From positions 1,927 to 65,926 of the forward strand of contig JAJQBY010000119.1 of assembly GCA_021203045.1 (NCBI GenBank): a stretch of DNA of 64,000 nt. The letters run 5' to 3'. Numbering within the stretch: the first letter of the stretch is position 1; every line of letters begins with the position of its first letter. A program made the position numbers and the translations under genes. Origin of the DNA: Oscillospiraceae bacterium (GTDB lineage: Bacteria; Bacillota; Clostridia; Oscillospirales; Oscillospiraceae). Below the pieces are notes generated by a model. That model had not been told where the DNA came from. It searched no databases and saw only the letters and a list, made by a program, of their open reading frames with translations. Positions 16,563 to 27,007 of the stretch are shown here, piece by piece.

Positions 16563-18923
16563 ATGAGCTTGATCAAATACCGCGTGCATGAGGTGGCAAA
16601 GGATTTTGGCGTCACCTCCAAGGTCATCACAGAGATCCTGACGCAATATGCCACGACTCCCAAGAACCATATGCAGGTCTTGGAGGATGAGGAGCTGAGC
16701 ATCATCTTTGAATACATGACCCAGCACAATCAGGTCGAGAGCATCGCGGAGGTCTATGCAGACACGGCCCCCAAAAAAGAGGAGGAGAAGAAGCCTGCTC
16801 AGAAGGGAGGTCAGTCTCAGCCTGCTCAGAAGTCCGGCAACGGAGCTGCCTCAGCCCCTCAGAAACAGGGACAGAACCAGAATCAAGGGCAGGGACAGAG
16901 CAAGCAGGCCAAGGCCGAAAAGCCCCATGTTCCCAAGCAAATGCCTCAAAAGAAGGTAGTGGACACCCGCGGCTCCGTCGCCACGAATCTTTCCAAGTAC
17001 GACGAGCGCTTTGACCGCATGGCGGGAGACAAGGCGGACAAAATGAAGCGGGGTAAGAAAAAAATCGGCGGCCGCAATAAGCGGAACAGCTCTGCTCCCT
17101 CCAGCAGTGCCAAGCGCCGTCAGGAGGAGCGGGAGAAGATGCAACGCCTCCAGCTTGAGATCGCCAAAAAGGCCCCTACCCGCGTGCAGATCCCCGATGA
17201 GATCTCTGTCCAGGAGCTGGCTGTCCGCATGAAAAAGAGCGGTACGGAGGTCGTTCGCAAGCTGGTCCAAATGGGAGTAATGGCGAGCCTGCCGGATACA
17301 ATAGACTATGACACCGCTGCGCTTGTCGCCATGGAGTTCAACTGCAAGGTGGAGCACGAGGTGGTCGTCACCGTAGAAGAACGGCTGATAGACGATCATG
17401 TAGACACAGAGGAGGAGCTGAAGCCCCGGGCCCCGGTGGTGGTCGTTATGGGCCACGTTGACCACGGCAAGACCTCTCTGCTGGACTATATCCGCCATAC
17501 CCGTGTGGCGGAGGGCGAGGCCGGCGGCATTACCCAGGCCATCGGCGCCTATGTGGTGGACATCAACGGCGCCCCCATCACCTTCCTGGATACGCCGGGA
17601 CATGAGGCCTTCACCTCCATGCGCGCTCGCGGCGCCATGGTGACCGATGTAGCCATTCTGGTGGTGGCCGCCACAGAGGGCATCAAGCCCCAGACCATCG
17701 AATCTATCAACCACGCCAAGGCTGCCGGCATCCCCATCGTAGTGGCTATCAACAAAATGGATATGCCCGGCGCGAATCCCGAGCGCGTCAAGCAGCAGCT
17801 GACGGAATATGAGCTTGTCCCGGAGGAATGGGGCGGCGACACCATCATCTGCCCCATCTCTGCCAAGACCGGCGAGGGAGTAGAGGATCTTCTGGAAATG
17901 CTGGCTCTGCAAACAGAGATGCTCGGCCTGCGGGCCAATCCCGACCGTGCTGCCAGCGGCGCAGTGATCGAAGCCCGTCTGGATAAGGGCCGCGGTCCTA
18001 TCATGACCGTACTGGTGCAAAACGGTACGCTGAAGCAGGGTGATGTCATCATCGCCGGTACCGCTGTTGGCCGTGTCCGTTCCATGATCAACGACAAGGG
18101 ACAGCGCGTCACAGAGGCAGGCCCCTCCGTTCCGGTGGAGATCGCCGGTATGAGTGAGGTGCCGAACGCCGGCGACGTGTTCAATGCTGTGGCGGATGAG
18201 CGCATGGCCAGAGAGCTTGTTGAAGAACGGAAGGAAAAGGCAAAGCAGGCTGCCGGTTCCGCCCCCAAGAAGGTATCGCTGGACGATCTCTTTGCCCGCA
18301 TCCAGCAGGGAGAGATGAAGGACTTCAATATCATCGTTAAGGCGGACGTAAAGGGCAGCGCCGAAGCGGTGAAGGCTTCCTTGGAGAAGCTTTCCAACGA
18401 GGAAGTCCGGGTAAAGGTCATCCATTGCGCTGTGGGCGCCATCAACGAGTCTGACGTTATGCTCGCTTCCACCTCCAACGCGGTGATCGTGGGCTTCAAC
18501 GTTCGCCCGGATAACGCAGCCAGAGACAGCGCCGCCCGTTCCGATGTGGACATCCGGCTCTATCGTGTGATCTATGACTGCATCAACGAGATTGAATCCG
18601 CCATGAAGGGCATGCTGGCGCCGAAGTTCCAGGAGAAGATCATCGGCCACGCCGAGGTCCGCCAGACCTATAAGGTCTCCAAGGTGGGTACTGTCTGCGG
18701 CTGTTATGTACTGGACGGCAAGATCCAGCGCAACTGCCAGGTTCGTGTTCTGCGGGACAACATTGTTGTCTTCGAAGGAAATCTGGCTTCTCTGCGCCGC
18801 TTCAAGGACGACGTCCGCGAGGTCGCGTCCGGTTACGAGTGCGGCATGCAGGTGGAAAAATTCAACGACATCAAGGAGCTTGACGTGATAGAGTGCTTTA
18901 TCATGGAGCAGATCAATGCCTAA
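16563..18923 (+). CDS. infB: Translation initiation factor IF-2
   Basis: GTPase motifs GHVDHGKTS, DTPGH, NKMD. Low-complexity N-terminal region. Confidence 0.97.
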   Translation: MSLIKYRVHEVAKDFGVTSKVITEILTQYATTPKNHMQVLEDEELSIIFEYMTQHNQVESIAEVYADTAPKKEEEKKPAQKGGQSQPAQKSGNGAASAPQKQGQNQNQGQGQSKQAKAEKPHVPKQMPQKKVVDTRGSVATNLSKYDERFDRMAGDKADKMKRGKKKIGGRNKRNSSAPSSSAKRRQEEREKMQRLQLEIAKKAPTRVQIPDEISVQELAVRMKKSGTEVVRKLVQMGVMASLPDTIDYDTAALVAMEFNCKVEHEVVVTVEERLIDDHVDTEEELKPRAPVVVVMGHVDHGKTSLLDYIRHTRVAEGEAGGITQAIGAYVVDINGAPITFLDTPGHEAFTSMRARGAMVTDVAILVVAATEGIKPQTIESINHAKAAGIPIVVAINKMDMPGANPERVKQQLTEYELVPEEWGGDTIICPISAKTGEGVEDLLEMLALQTEMLGLRANPDRAASGAVIEARLDKGRGPIMTVLVQNGTLKQGDVIIAGTAVGRVRSMINDKGQRVTEAGPSVPVEIAGMSEVPNAGDVFNAVADERMARELVEERKEKAKQAAGSAPKKVSLDDLFARIQQGEMKDFNIIVKADVKGSAEAVKASLEKLSNEEVRVKVIHCAVGAINESDVMLASTSNAVIVGFNVRPDNAARDSAARSDVDIRLYRVIYDCINEIESAMKGMLAPKFQEKIIGHAEVRQTYKVSKVGTVCGCYVLDGKIQRNCQVRVLRDNIVVFEGNLASLRRFKDDVREVASGYECGMQVEKFNDIKELDVIECFIMEQINA

Positions 18924-19284
18924 TTATCATATCGACAGGATCAACGACGATATCCGCCGGGTCTTGGCGGAAAAACTCCGGGAGGTAAAGGACCCCCGTA
19001 TCCAGCAGGGGGCCATGGTTACCATTACCCACACAGAGACCACGAGAGATTTGCGTTACTGCAAGGTGTATGTGAGCGTCCTGGGGGAATTTAACGAAAA
19101 GGAAATGCTGCGGGGTCTGCGCTCCGTCGCGGGATATCTGCGGCGGGAGCTGGGCCGGAGCCTGGACTTACGCTACACCCCGGAGCTCACCTTCCAGCTG
19201 GACGATTCCATCGCCCACGGGGCATATATCAACCAAATCATCAACGATTTAGACATTCAACATGACGACGATGACACTGAATAA
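18916..19284 (+). CDS. rbfA: Ribosome-binding factor A
   Basis: RINDDIRRVLAEKL...VTITHTETTRDLRYCKVYVS. Confidence 0.9.
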   Translation: MPNYHIDRINDDIRRVLAEKLREVKDPRIQQGAMVTITHTETTRDLRYCKVYVSVLGEFNEKEMLRGLRSVAGYLRRELGRSLDLRYTPELTFQLDDSIAHGAYINQIINDLDIQHDDDDTE

Positions 19285-20209
19285 CTGTATAACCTATCTG
19301 AACGAACACGACGGATATTTGCTGGTGACGCATATCCACCCGGACGGCGACACGCTTGGCAGTGCCGCCGCCCTTTGTCATATGCTCCGTCGCATGGGAA
19401 AGACCGCTTTTTTGTATGACAATCCGGAGACCACCGAGCGCTACAGCCGGTGGACAGCCCCCTATATCGCTCCGGATGGGTTTGAGCCGGATTGTACCGT
19501 GGCCATCGACCTGGCAGCGGAAAATCTCTATCCTAAGGGCTTTCACGGCGGCTCTGTCGGCCTTTGCATCGACCATCATCCCACCAATACCAATTATGCG
19601 GAAAATCTTCTGTGCCAGCCGGACAGAGCCTCCTGCGGAGAGATAATTCTTCAGCTTGCCAATGAGATGCTCGGCGGGCCGGATAAGGATGAGGCAGACC
19701 TTCTTTATATGGCGGTCAGCACAGATTGCGGCTGCTTCGTTTACGCCAACACCACGGCGGAGACCCACCGTGCCGCAGCCCAGCTTATCGAGGCGGGAGC
19801 CGACCATAAGCAGCTGAACATCCAGCTTTTCCGGGCCACATCCTTCGCCCGCCTGACGCTGGAAGGGATGATCTTTGCGAATCTTAAACGCTATGGTCCT
19901 GAACAGTGTGTGACCGTAGCCACGGTCACGCTGGATATGCTGGAGCGCTCCGGGGCCGTAGAGGACGACCTCGACGATCTGGCCTCTCTGGCCGGACGTG
20001 TAGCAGGCAGTCGGGTCTCCGCCACCATCCGGGAAATGCGGCCGGGCCACTGCAAGATCAGCCTGCGCAGCGGGCCGATGTTTGATTCCTCTGCCATCTG
20101 TGCCCTTCATGGCGGCGGCGGCCACCGCATGGCCTCCGGATGCACCATAGACGCCGGACCGGAGGAGGCCCGTGAGATCCTGGTGCGAGAAATACTGGAG
20201 GCGCTTTAA
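19262..20209 (+). CDS. DHH/DHHA1 phosphoesterase (NrnA-like oligoribonuclease/pAp phosphatase)
   Basis: HIHPDGDTLGS, IDHHPTN, GGGHRMASG motifs. Confidence 0.85.
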   Translation: MTTMTLNNCITYLNEHDGYLLVTHIHPDGDTLGSAAALCHMLRRMGKTAFLYDNPETTERYSRWTAPYIAPDGFEPDCTVAIDLAAENLYPKGFHGGSVGLCIDHHPTNTNYAENLLCQPDRASCGEIILQLANEMLGGPDKDEADLLYMAVSTDCGCFVYANTTAETHRAAAQLIEAGADHKQLNIQLFRATSFARLTLEGMIFANLKRYGPEQCVTVATVTLDMLERSGAVEDDLDDLASLAGRVAGSRVSATIREMRPGHCKISLRSGPMFDSSAICALHGGGGHRMASGCTIDAGPEEAREILVREILEAL

Positions 20210-20907
20210 TGGACGGCATACTCCTTGCGGATAAGCCGGCAGAGTGGACCAGCATGGATGTATGCGCCCATCTGCGCGGTGTTCTGCATGAAAAGCATAT
20301 CGGACATACCGGCACATTGGACCCCAACGCTACGGGCCTTCTGGTGGTTCTGACCGGCAAGGGCACGAAGGCCGCAAAGTATGCGGAAAATGATATAAAG
20401 GAATACCACGCCCGTCTCCGACTGGGTGTCAGGACCGATACCCAGGATATATGGGGAAATATCCTGGAGCAACAGGAACAATCGTTGACGGCGCAGTCGA
20501 TCGAGGCCACGCTGGCAGGCCTGCGGGGGGATATTTTGCAGACGCCGCCTATGTATTCCGCTATAAAGATACGCGGCAAGAAGCTGTATGAGATTGCCCG
20601 CCGGGGCGGCGAGATCCACCGTGATCCCCGGCCTGTTACCATCTATCGCCTGGAACTGACAGAGCAGGACGAGAATGGGGACTGGGGCCTTATCATCGAA
20701 TGCTCCAAGGGCACCTATATCCGTACTCTCTGCGACAGCATCGGGGAAGCGTTGGGCTGCGGCGGCTGCATGAGCGCTCTGCGCCGCACACGGGCCGGCG
20801 CCTTTCATGTCTCTCAGGCTCACACCCTGGAGGACATACGGGAAGCCCCGGAGAAATATATTCTTCCGCTTACGCTTCTTACAGGGGAGGAAGCGCGTCA
20901 TGAATAA
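20209..20907 (+). CDS. truB: tRNA pseudouridine(55) synthase TruB
   Basis: GHTGTLDPNATGLL catalytic motif and synteny. Confidence 0.93.
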   Translation: MDGILLADKPAEWTSMDVCAHLRGVLHEKHIGHTGTLDPNATGLLVVLTGKGTKAAKYAENDIKEYHARLRLGVRTDTQDIWGNILEQQEQSLTAQSIEATLAGLRGDILQTPPMYSAIKIRGKKLYEIARRGGEIHRDPRPVTIYRLELTEQDENGDWGLIIECSKGTYIRTLCDSIGEALGCGGCMSALRRTRAGAFHVSQAHTLEDIREAPEKYILPLTLLTGEEARHE

Positions 20908-21820
20908 TGCAAGCGAGCTGAAGCGCGTAGTGGCCCTTGGTTTTTTCGACGGCGTACACCTGGGGCATCAGGCTCTGATGAAGAAAACCGTGGCGCGTGC
21001 CGCCGAGACCGGCGCCAGGCCGGCGGTCATATCATTCGATGCGCACCCAGACACCTTCGTCCGGGGGCAGGAAGTGCCTCTGCTGGGCAGCGTGGCTGAC
21101 CGCAAGGGCCTCATTTCCCGAATCGGTGGGATTGATGATATCATCATGCTCCATTTCGACCGCCGGTTCATGCAGATGCCGTGGGAGATGTTTCTCCGCT
21201 CTGTGAAAAACGACCTGGGAGCCGTCCATCTCGTGATGGGGCGGGATTTCTCCTGCGGCTGGAAGGGTGAAGGGACCTCAGATAAGATCGCCGCCTGGTG
21301 CAGAGAAAACGGCTTGGGCTTCGATATTGTGGAGGAAGTGGTCGTTGACGGTATCGTCGTCAGCTCCACCTATATCCGCAAGCTGATAGCTGCGGGAGAC
21401 GTGGAGCGCGCCGCCCGGTACCTTGGCCATCCTCATACTCTGACTGACACGGTGGGCTATGGCTATAAGATCGGCCGGAGCATAGGAGCGCCCACCATCA
21501 ACACCCGTATTCCCGAGGGGGTGCTGGAGCCTAAGCACGGGGTCTATGCCACCCGCGTCTGGCTGCCGGAGGGTGCGAAAGCGGCTGTGACGAACGTGGG
21601 CGTGCGTCCCACCTTCGACAGCGACGGCCATGTAACGGTGGAGTCCAACATTCTGGATTTTGAGGGCCGTCTTTATGGCTCTCAGGTGCGGTTGGAATTT
21701 CTGAAATTCCTGCGGGAGGAAACGCGTTTTCCCACGCCGGAGGCGCTGGGAGAGCAGATACAGCGGGATATACAGGAGACGCGGGCCTATTTCGCCCGGA
21801 CAGAGGGCGGCGCATCATGA
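20900..21820 (+). CDS. ribF: Bifunctional riboflavin kinase / FMN adenylyltransferase
   Basis: ALGFFDGVHLGHQAL at the N-terminus, riboflavin kinase C-terminus. Start set at the ATG at 20900, overlapping the truB end. Confidence 0.92.
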   Translation: MNNASELKRVVALGFFDGVHLGHQALMKKTVARAAETGARPAVISFDAHPDTFVRGQEVPLLGSVADRKGLISRIGGIDDIIMLHFDRRFMQMPWEMFLRSVKNDLGAVHLVMGRDFSCGWKGEGTSDKIAAWCRENGLGFDIVEEVVVDGIVVSSTYIRKLIAAGDVERAARYLGHPHTLTDTVGYGYKIGRSIGAPTINTRIPEGVLEPKHGVYATRVWLPEGAKAAVTNVGVRPTFDSDGHVTVESNILDFEGRLYGSQVRLEFLKFLREETRFPTPEALGEQIQRDIQETRAYFARTEGGAS

Positions 21821-22332
21821 GGATACTGGGCATCGACCCCGGCATCGGAACGGTGGGATTCGGCGTCATTGACGCAGAGCGGGGCAAAAATACATATGTG
21901 GCCTGCGGCGTTATCACCACGCCCCCCAACACAGCCCTGTCCCCGCGGCTGGATATGATATACAATGACCTGAACGAGATCATCGTTACCTTTGCCCCGG
22001 CGGAGATCGCGGTGGAGGAATTGTTTTTCTCCAAGAATATCACCACCGGCATTGCGGTGGCTCACGGGCGGGGCGTCATCCTGCTCAGCGCCTACCGCAG
22101 CGGCGTGCCGGTCTTTGAATATACGCCTATGCAGGTGAAACAGGCTGTGGTAGGCTATGGCGGTGCGCAGAAGCGGCAGGTCATCTATATGATACAAAAG
22201 CTGCTGCATATGTCCAAGCCTCCCAGGCCGGACGATGCGGCAGACGCCCTTGCTCTGGCCATATGCCACGCCAGGAGCAGAACAAGTGCCCTGACAGCGG
22301 AAGGAGAGAGTGGACCATGTTCTACCATCTGA
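21817..22332 (+). CDS. ruvC: Crossover junction endodeoxyribonuclease RuvC
   Basis: MRILGIDPGIGTVGFGVID..., DAADALALAICH. Confidence 0.92.
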   Translation: MRILGIDPGIGTVGFGVIDAERGKNTYVACGVITTPPNTALSPRLDMIYNDLNEIIVTFAPAEIAVEELFFSKNITTGIAVAHGRGVILLSAYRSGVPVFEYTPMQVKQAVVGYGGAQKRQVIYMIQKLLHMSKPPRPDDAADALALAICHARSRTSALTAEGESGPCSTI

Positions 22333-22922
22333 TGGGAACAGTCGCCGATCTGGAGCCAAATCTGGCTGTGATCGACTGCGGCGGCGTGGGCTTTGCCGTG
22401 AATGTCTCCGCAAACACAGCAGGCCGCCTGAACCGGGGCGCTCAGACAAAGCTGTATATCAGCGAGCAGATACGGGAGGACGCCTTCGACCTGTATGGCT
22501 TCAGCACAGCAGCAGAAAAAAGATGCTTTGAGATGCTGCTGGCTGTTTCCGGCGTAGGCCCCAAGGCGGCTTTGGCCATTTTATCCGTCAACACGCCGGA
22601 GGGCGTCAGTATGGCAGTGCTGACGGATGACGAGAAGGCCCTGACCGCTGCCGCAGGCGTAGGAAAGCGCCTTGCGCAGCGAATCATTCTGGAACTCAAG
22701 GACAAGCTGAAAAAGCAGGCTCCGGAGCTGGTTCTGTCGGAGAGCGGACCGGCCGTCCCCGTCGGGGAGGAGGGACATTCCAAGCTGGCAGACGTGACCT
22801 CTGCGCTGACAGTCCTTGGCTACAGCCGTGCCGAATGCACGGCTGCCATGCGCGGATTGGATTTAGATACCCTGTCTCTGGAGGACGCTATACGGGCCGC
22901 CCTGCGGAATATGATGAAGTGA
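22317..22922 (+). CDS. ruvA: Holliday junction branch migration complex subunit RuvA
   Basis: MFYHLMGTV..., [33 protein letters not shown]. Confidence 0.92.
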   Translation: MFYHLMGTVADLEPNLAVIDCGGVGFAVNVSANTAGRLNRGAQTKLYISEQIREDAFDLYGFSTAAEKRCFEMLLAVSGVGPKAALAILSVNTPEGVSMAVLTDDEKALTAAAGVGKRLAQRIILELKDKLKKQAPELVLSESGPAVPVGEEGHSKLADVTSALTVLGYSRAECTAAMRGLDLDTLSLEDAIRAALRNMMK

Positions 22923-22935
22923 AGGGGAGATCGCA

Positions 22936-23973
22936 TTGAGCATCAGCTTTTCCGGCGATGCGCCGGAGATCGTTACTACAGCGGCTTCTCTGCCGGAGGA
23001 TGCAGCAGAAGCCTCCCTGCGGCCAAAATATCTGGCGGACTATACCGGCCAGGAAAAGGCCAAGGAGAATTTGGCTGTTTTTATCCAGGCAGCAAAAATG
23101 CGCAACGAGCCGCTAGATCATGTTCTGCTCCACGGCCCACCGGGCCTGGGCAAAACCACCCTCGCCGGCGTCATCGCAAACGAGATGGGAGTCAATATGC
23201 GCATCACCTCCGGCCCGGCCATTGAAAAGCCGGGGGATCTGGTCGCCCTGCTGACGAACCTGCAGGAAAATGACATCCTGTTTCTGGATGAAATACACCG
23301 GCTGAACCGCTCTGTGGAGGAGATATTATATCCCGCCATGGAGGATTATGCCATTGACATCATTCTGGGAAAGGGTCCTTCCGCTAACTCTATACGGCTG
23401 GACCTTCCGCATTTTACCCTGATCGGAGCCACGACCCGTTCCGGCCAGCTTTCTGCGCCTCTGCGTGATCGTTTTGGCGTTAATCTCCGGCTGGAGCTTT
23501 ACAGCACAGAGGAGCTCCGCCGCATCATCGAGCGCAGCGCCGCCATACTGGAGATCGAGATCGAACCGGATGGGGCTGTTGAGATCGCCTCCCGCAGCCG
23601 CGGAACGCCCCGTATCGCCAACCGCATGCTCCGTCGGGTGCGGGATTTTGCCCAGGTGAAAGGGACCGGCGTTATCACCAAAGCTATCGCAGACGAGGCG
23701 CTTCTCCGTTTGGAGGTAGATAAGGCAGGCCTTGACAATATTGACCGGCGTATGCTGCGCAGCATCATAGAGCTGTATAATGGCGGGCCAGTCGGTCTGG
23801 AAGCTCTGGCTGCCACCATCAACGAGGAAGCCGTCACCCTGGAGGATGTCTATGAGCCATTTTTGCTCCAACAGGGGTTTCTCACACGCACAATGCGGGG
23901 CCGCTGCGTCACAAAAAAGGCTTACGATCACCTGGGCATCGCCTATTTAGGGCAGCAGGAGCTGGATATGTGA
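22936..23973 (+). CDS. ruvB: Holliday junction DNA helicase RuvB
   Basis: Walker [37 protein letters not shown] start. Confidence 0.95.
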   Translation: MSISFSGDAPEIVTTAASLPEDAAEASLRPKYLADYTGQEKAKENLAVFIQAAKMRNEPLDHVLLHGPPGLGKTTLAGVIANEMGVNMRITSGPAIEKPGDLVALLTNLQENDILFLDEIHRLNRSVEEILYPAMEDYAIDIILGKGPSANSIRLDLPHFTLIGATTRSGQLSAPLRDRFGVNLRLELYSTEELRRIIERSAAILEIEIEPDGAVEIASRSRGTPRIANRMLRRVRDFAQVKGTGVITKAIADEALLRLEVDKAGLDNIDRRMLRSIIELYNGGPVGLEALAATINEEAVTLEDVYEPFLLQQGFLTRTMRGRCVTKKAYDHLGIAYLGQQELDM

Positions 23974-24045
23974 CCCTGGCACTCGATTCAATGGATTTCC
24001 TGGGATATTTTTTTGGCAAATTTGCGTTTTTTTGAGAAAAAAGAC

Positions 24046-24073
24046 TTGACTTCCTCGCGCGGTGTTATATAAT
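24046..24073 (+). promoter_or_regulatory. Sigma-A-type promoter upstream of sigH
   Basis: TTGACT - 16 nt - TATAAT. Confidence 0.6.
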
Positions 24074-24094
24074 TATAGGCATAATGACATAATA

Positions 24095-24703
24095 ATGATG
24101 AATTACTCAAAAAACACAGATGAAGAGCTCCAGGCGCTGGCCCGCATGCAGGAAAATGGGGCAGAGGAGGCGCTGGCAAAGCGTTATGTCCGACTGGTGC
24201 GCATTTGTGCAAGGCCCTATTTTTTGACCGGGGGCGACGGCGAGGATCTTATCCAGGAAGGAATGCTGGGTCTGCTGTCTGCCATCCGCAGTTACGATCC
24301 CCAAAAGGGCTCATCCTTCAGAGCCTATGCAAAAAGCTGTATTCAAAACCGTATCAGATCTGCCGTGCGCAGTGCTGGCCGTCAAAAGCACGCACCGCTG
24401 AATAACGGCTTGCCTCTAGACGAAGTCCTCTCAGATGAATCCCAGTCCCTAGGTGTCCACTATTTTCAGCAAAGTCCCGAGGAGCAGGTTCTAGCAAGAG
24501 AGACCGAAAAAGAATTTATCTCTGCCTATTCTCAGCGCCTGTCAAGCTTCGAGGCGCAGATCCTCGACCTGTATCTGGACGGTCTGTCCTATGAGGAAAT
24601 GGCCGCTCAGCTTGGTCGGGATGAAAAGGCAGTGGACAATGCCGTCCAACGCATCAGGCGCAAGTTGGCAAAGCTCTCCTCAGGCGAGAACAGCGTAAGC
24701 TGA
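24095..24703 (+). CDS. sigH: RNA polymerase sporulation-initiation sigma factor SigH
   Basis: ARPYFLTGGDGEDLIQEGMLGLLSAIRSYDPQKGSSFRAYAKSCIQNRIRSAVRSAGRQKHAPLN parallels the SigH regions 2-3. Confidence 0.8.
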   Translation: MMNYSKNTDEELQALARMQENGAEEALAKRYVRLVRICARPYFLTGGDGEDLIQEGMLGLLSAIRSYDPQKGSSFRAYAKSCIQNRIRSAVRSAGRQKHAPLNNGLPLDEVLSDESQSLGVHYFQQSPEEQVLARETEKEFISAYSQRLSSFEAQILDLYLDGLSYEEMAAQLGRDEKAVDNAVQRIRRKLAKLSSGENSVS

Positions 24704-24754
24704 TCGCATATATTCTGCCCATATTGGGAAAATTTTCTAAAGAGAGGACCAAAA

Positions 24755-25036
24755 ATGTACCAAGACAAGACCTTCGTATGCAAGGAATGTGGCCAGGAAT
24801 TCGTGTTCACCGCCGGTGAGCAGGAGTTTTACGCAGAGCGCGGCTTCCAGAATGAGCCTCAGCGCTGCAAAGCCTGCCGGGACGCCCGCAAGGCGGCTTC
24901 CCGTGGCCCCCGTGAGTATTTCACCGCGACCTGCGCCGCCTGCGGCGGAGAGGCCCGCGTGCCCTTCGAGCCCAAGAGCGACCGCCCTGTGTATTGCAGC
25001 GAGTGCTTTGCTCGGATGCGTTCCGGCGAAATGTAA
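24755..25036 (+). CDS. Zinc-ribbon (CxxC-x17-CxxC repeat) small protein
   Basis: Two CxxC...CxxC pairs (CKECG...CKAC; CAACG...CSEC). A strong terminator follows. Confidence 0.65.
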   Translation: MYQDKTFVCKECGQEFVFTAGEQEFYAERGFQNEPQRCKACRDARKAASRGPREYFTATCAACGGEARVPFEPKSDRPVYCSECFARMRSGEM

Positions 25037-25051
25037 GATCGTCCTTGAAAA

Positions 25052-25081
25052 GGGGCTGCGTCTGACGCAGCCCCTTTTTTA
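25052..25081 (+). terminator. Rho-independent terminator
   Basis: ggggctgcg / cgcagcccc stem, loop tctga, then a T-run. Confidence 0.85.
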
Positions 25082-25198
25082 TGCGCTGACGGTATCATTC
25101 AGCTATTGAATCCCCCGGAACATGATGCTGCGATACTCAATTTTATGAGGGATATCTGTGTTAATAAAAAGCGGTTTGATATCCGGATGAATTTTATG

Positions 25199-25227
25199 TT
25201 GAAATCTTGTATAAGAATGGGTATAAT
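25199..25227 (+). promoter_or_regulatory. Sigma-A-type promoter
   Basis: TTGAAA - 17 nt - TATAAT upstream of the DUF1858 gene. Confidence 0.6.
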
Positions 25228-25262
25228 AGACTCAATCACTGTGAAATTGGAGGGTCTCTATT

Positions 25263-25469
25263 ATGTATGAGGTCACAAAAGATACCATCGTCTATGACGT
25301 AATGCTCAACGCTCCTGCCACTCAGCCGTTATTTGAGCGCATCGGGATGCACTGCCTGGGCTGCGCCTATGCCACCGGCGAGAGCATCGAGCAGGCGTGC
25401 CTGGTCCACGGCGTGGATGTAGACGGCTTCGTCAATGAGGTCAACGACTTTATTGCCGCTCACGCCTGA
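25263..25469 (+). CDS. DUF1858 (hybrid-cluster-protein-associated redox disulfide) domain protein
   Basis: IVYDVMLNAPATQPLFERIGMHCLGCAYATGESIEQAC. Confidence 0.7.
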   Translation: MYEVTKDTIVYDVMLNAPATQPLFERIGMHCLGCAYATGESIEQACLVHGVDVDGFVNEVNDFIAAHA

Positions 25470-25508
25470 CGGAGATACAGCGGCGGATGATCTCCCGCCG
25501 CTTCTTTT

Positions 25509-26942
25509 ATGAATATGACGATACATCTGTCCCCCCGGCTGGAGGCGGTCGCGCAGGCCGTACCGCCGGGGGCCTGCGTTATTGACGTAGGGACTGATCA
25601 TGCCAGGCTCCCAGTCTGGCTGGTGCAGTCGGGACGCGTCGGCCGTGTGATAGCCGCCGATCTGCGCCCCGGACCCTTGGAGGGAGCTGCAACGCTGATA
25701 AACAAGACCGGCACAGCAGATCGTATTACCCTGCGGCTGACAAACGGTCTCTCCGGCCTGGGGCCGAGGGATGGAGACACGATCGTAATTGCCGGGATGG
25801 GCGGGGAGACTATGATATCCATCCTCTCCGCGGCGCCGTGGACAAGGCAGGGGACGCTTCTTATCCTGGAACCCCAGAGCAAACAGGCGGAGCTTCGGAA
25901 ATTTCTAATAGAAAACGGCTATTCCGTCACATCCGAGCGTCTGGTGAAGGATGCGGGGCGGCTTTATCCTATTCTGACCGTCCGGGGTGGGGCTGCGCCG
26001 GGATATTCCCTGGCGGAGCTGCATACCGGGCTGTATGAGCAGATCAGTGATGACCCGCTCTTTGGCGAATACCTGTCAGGCCTTGCAGACCGCATGGCGC
26101 ATGCCGCGCCTTACGACAGCACAGCCGCAGAAATATCAAATGAATTGCAGGAAATGAAAAGGAGGTATGTTCCCATGACGACCGTGCAGGAGGTTTTCAC
26201 CCTTCTGGCTCAAAAGGCCCCGGTGGAGGGAAAGCTGGATTTCGACAATGTCGGCCTTTTGGTGGGCCGGGGGAGCCGGGAGGTACATCAGGTGCTGACG
26301 GCGCTGGACATCGTGGACGAGGTGATAGAGGAGGCCGCCGCCATAGGCGCGGAGCTGATCGTCAGCCATCATCCGCTGTTTTTCGATCTGAAATCTGTTA
26401 CAGACAGCACCTGGACAGGTAGCCGCGCCCTGACTCTAGCGGAAAACCACATTGCGGCCATCTGCATGCACACAAACCTGGATGCGGCGGAGGGCGGCGT
26501 GAACGACGCGCTGATGGCTGCCCTGGGCGGGCATGTCACCGGGCAGCTTGACCCGGTCTCCCGCATCGGACGGATAGGGGAGATGGCAGAGGAGCTCCCC
26601 TTCAGCCGGTTTCTGCCCATGGTGAAGTCTGCCCTTTCCTCCAACGGCCTGCGGTATCACGACGCCGGCCGTCCGGTAAAACGGCTTGCGGTATGCGGCG
26701 GCTCCGGCGGCGGGGAAATTGCCCTGGCCTGCCAGGCCGGATGCGATACCTATGTGACCGCCGATGTGAAATATGATCAGTTTCTGGAAGCCAGGCATCT
26801 GGGCGTAAACCTCATCGATGCCGATCATTTCTGCACGGAAAACGTGGTTGTCCCTGTTCTGGCGGGCTGGCTTCGGGAGGCGTTCCCGGAGCTGGATGTA
26901 CACATCGCCAAATCTCATGGACAAACGGCACAGTTCTATTGA
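25509..26942 (+). CDS. Fusion protein: tRNA (adenine22-N1)-methyltransferase TrmK (N-terminal) plus NIF3/YqfO-like dinuclear metal-centre protein (C-terminal)
   Basis: N-terminal LSPRLEAVAQAV...DVGTDHARLPVWLV...IAGMGGETMISIL (TrmK). From about residue 215, VQEVFTLLAQKAP...FDNVGLLVG...ELIVSHHPLFF...CMHTNLDAA (NIF3). No stop codon lies between the two parts. Confidence 0.75.
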   Translation: MNMTIHLSPRLEAVAQAVPPGACVIDVGTDHARLPVWLVQSGRVGRVIAADLRPGPLEGAATLINKTGTADRITLRLTNGLSGLGPRDGDTIVIAGMGGETMISILSAAPWTRQGTLLILEPQSKQAELRKFLIENGYSVTSERLVKDAGRLYPILTVRGGAAPGYSLAELHTGLYEQISDDPLFGEYLSGLADRMAHAAPYDSTAAEISNELQEMKRRYVPMTTVQEVFTLLAQKAPVEGKLDFDNVGLLVGRGSREVHQVLTALDIVDEVIEEAAAIGAELIVSHHPLFFDLKSVTDSTWTGSRALTLAENHIAAICMHTNLDAAEGGVNDALMAALGGHVTGQLDPVSRIGRIGEMAEELPFSRFLPMVKSALSSNGLRYHDAGRPVKRLAVCGGSGGGEIALACQAGCDTYVTADVKYDQFLEARHLGVNLIDADHFCTENVVVPVLAGWLREAFPELDVHIAKSHGQTAQFY

Positions 26943-27007
26943 GCCCCTGTCATAAATTATCCCTCCAGGGCGTATGCTTAACCAAACACGCCATGGAGGG
27001 ATCATTT

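Noticed and set aside
16756-17170. Low-complexity Gln/Gly/Lys-rich repeats (QGQNQNQGQGQSKQ...) that resemble a coding tandem repeat
   Set aside because: This is the usual disordered N-terminal region of IF-2, not an independent repeat element.
16851-18650. 599-aa minus-strand ORF covering most of infB
   Set aside because: It is antisense to an unambiguous IF-2 gene with all GTPase motifs. Its composition (Gly/His/Leu/Asp/Arg-rich, no motifs) is typical of shadow ORFs in high-GC DNA.
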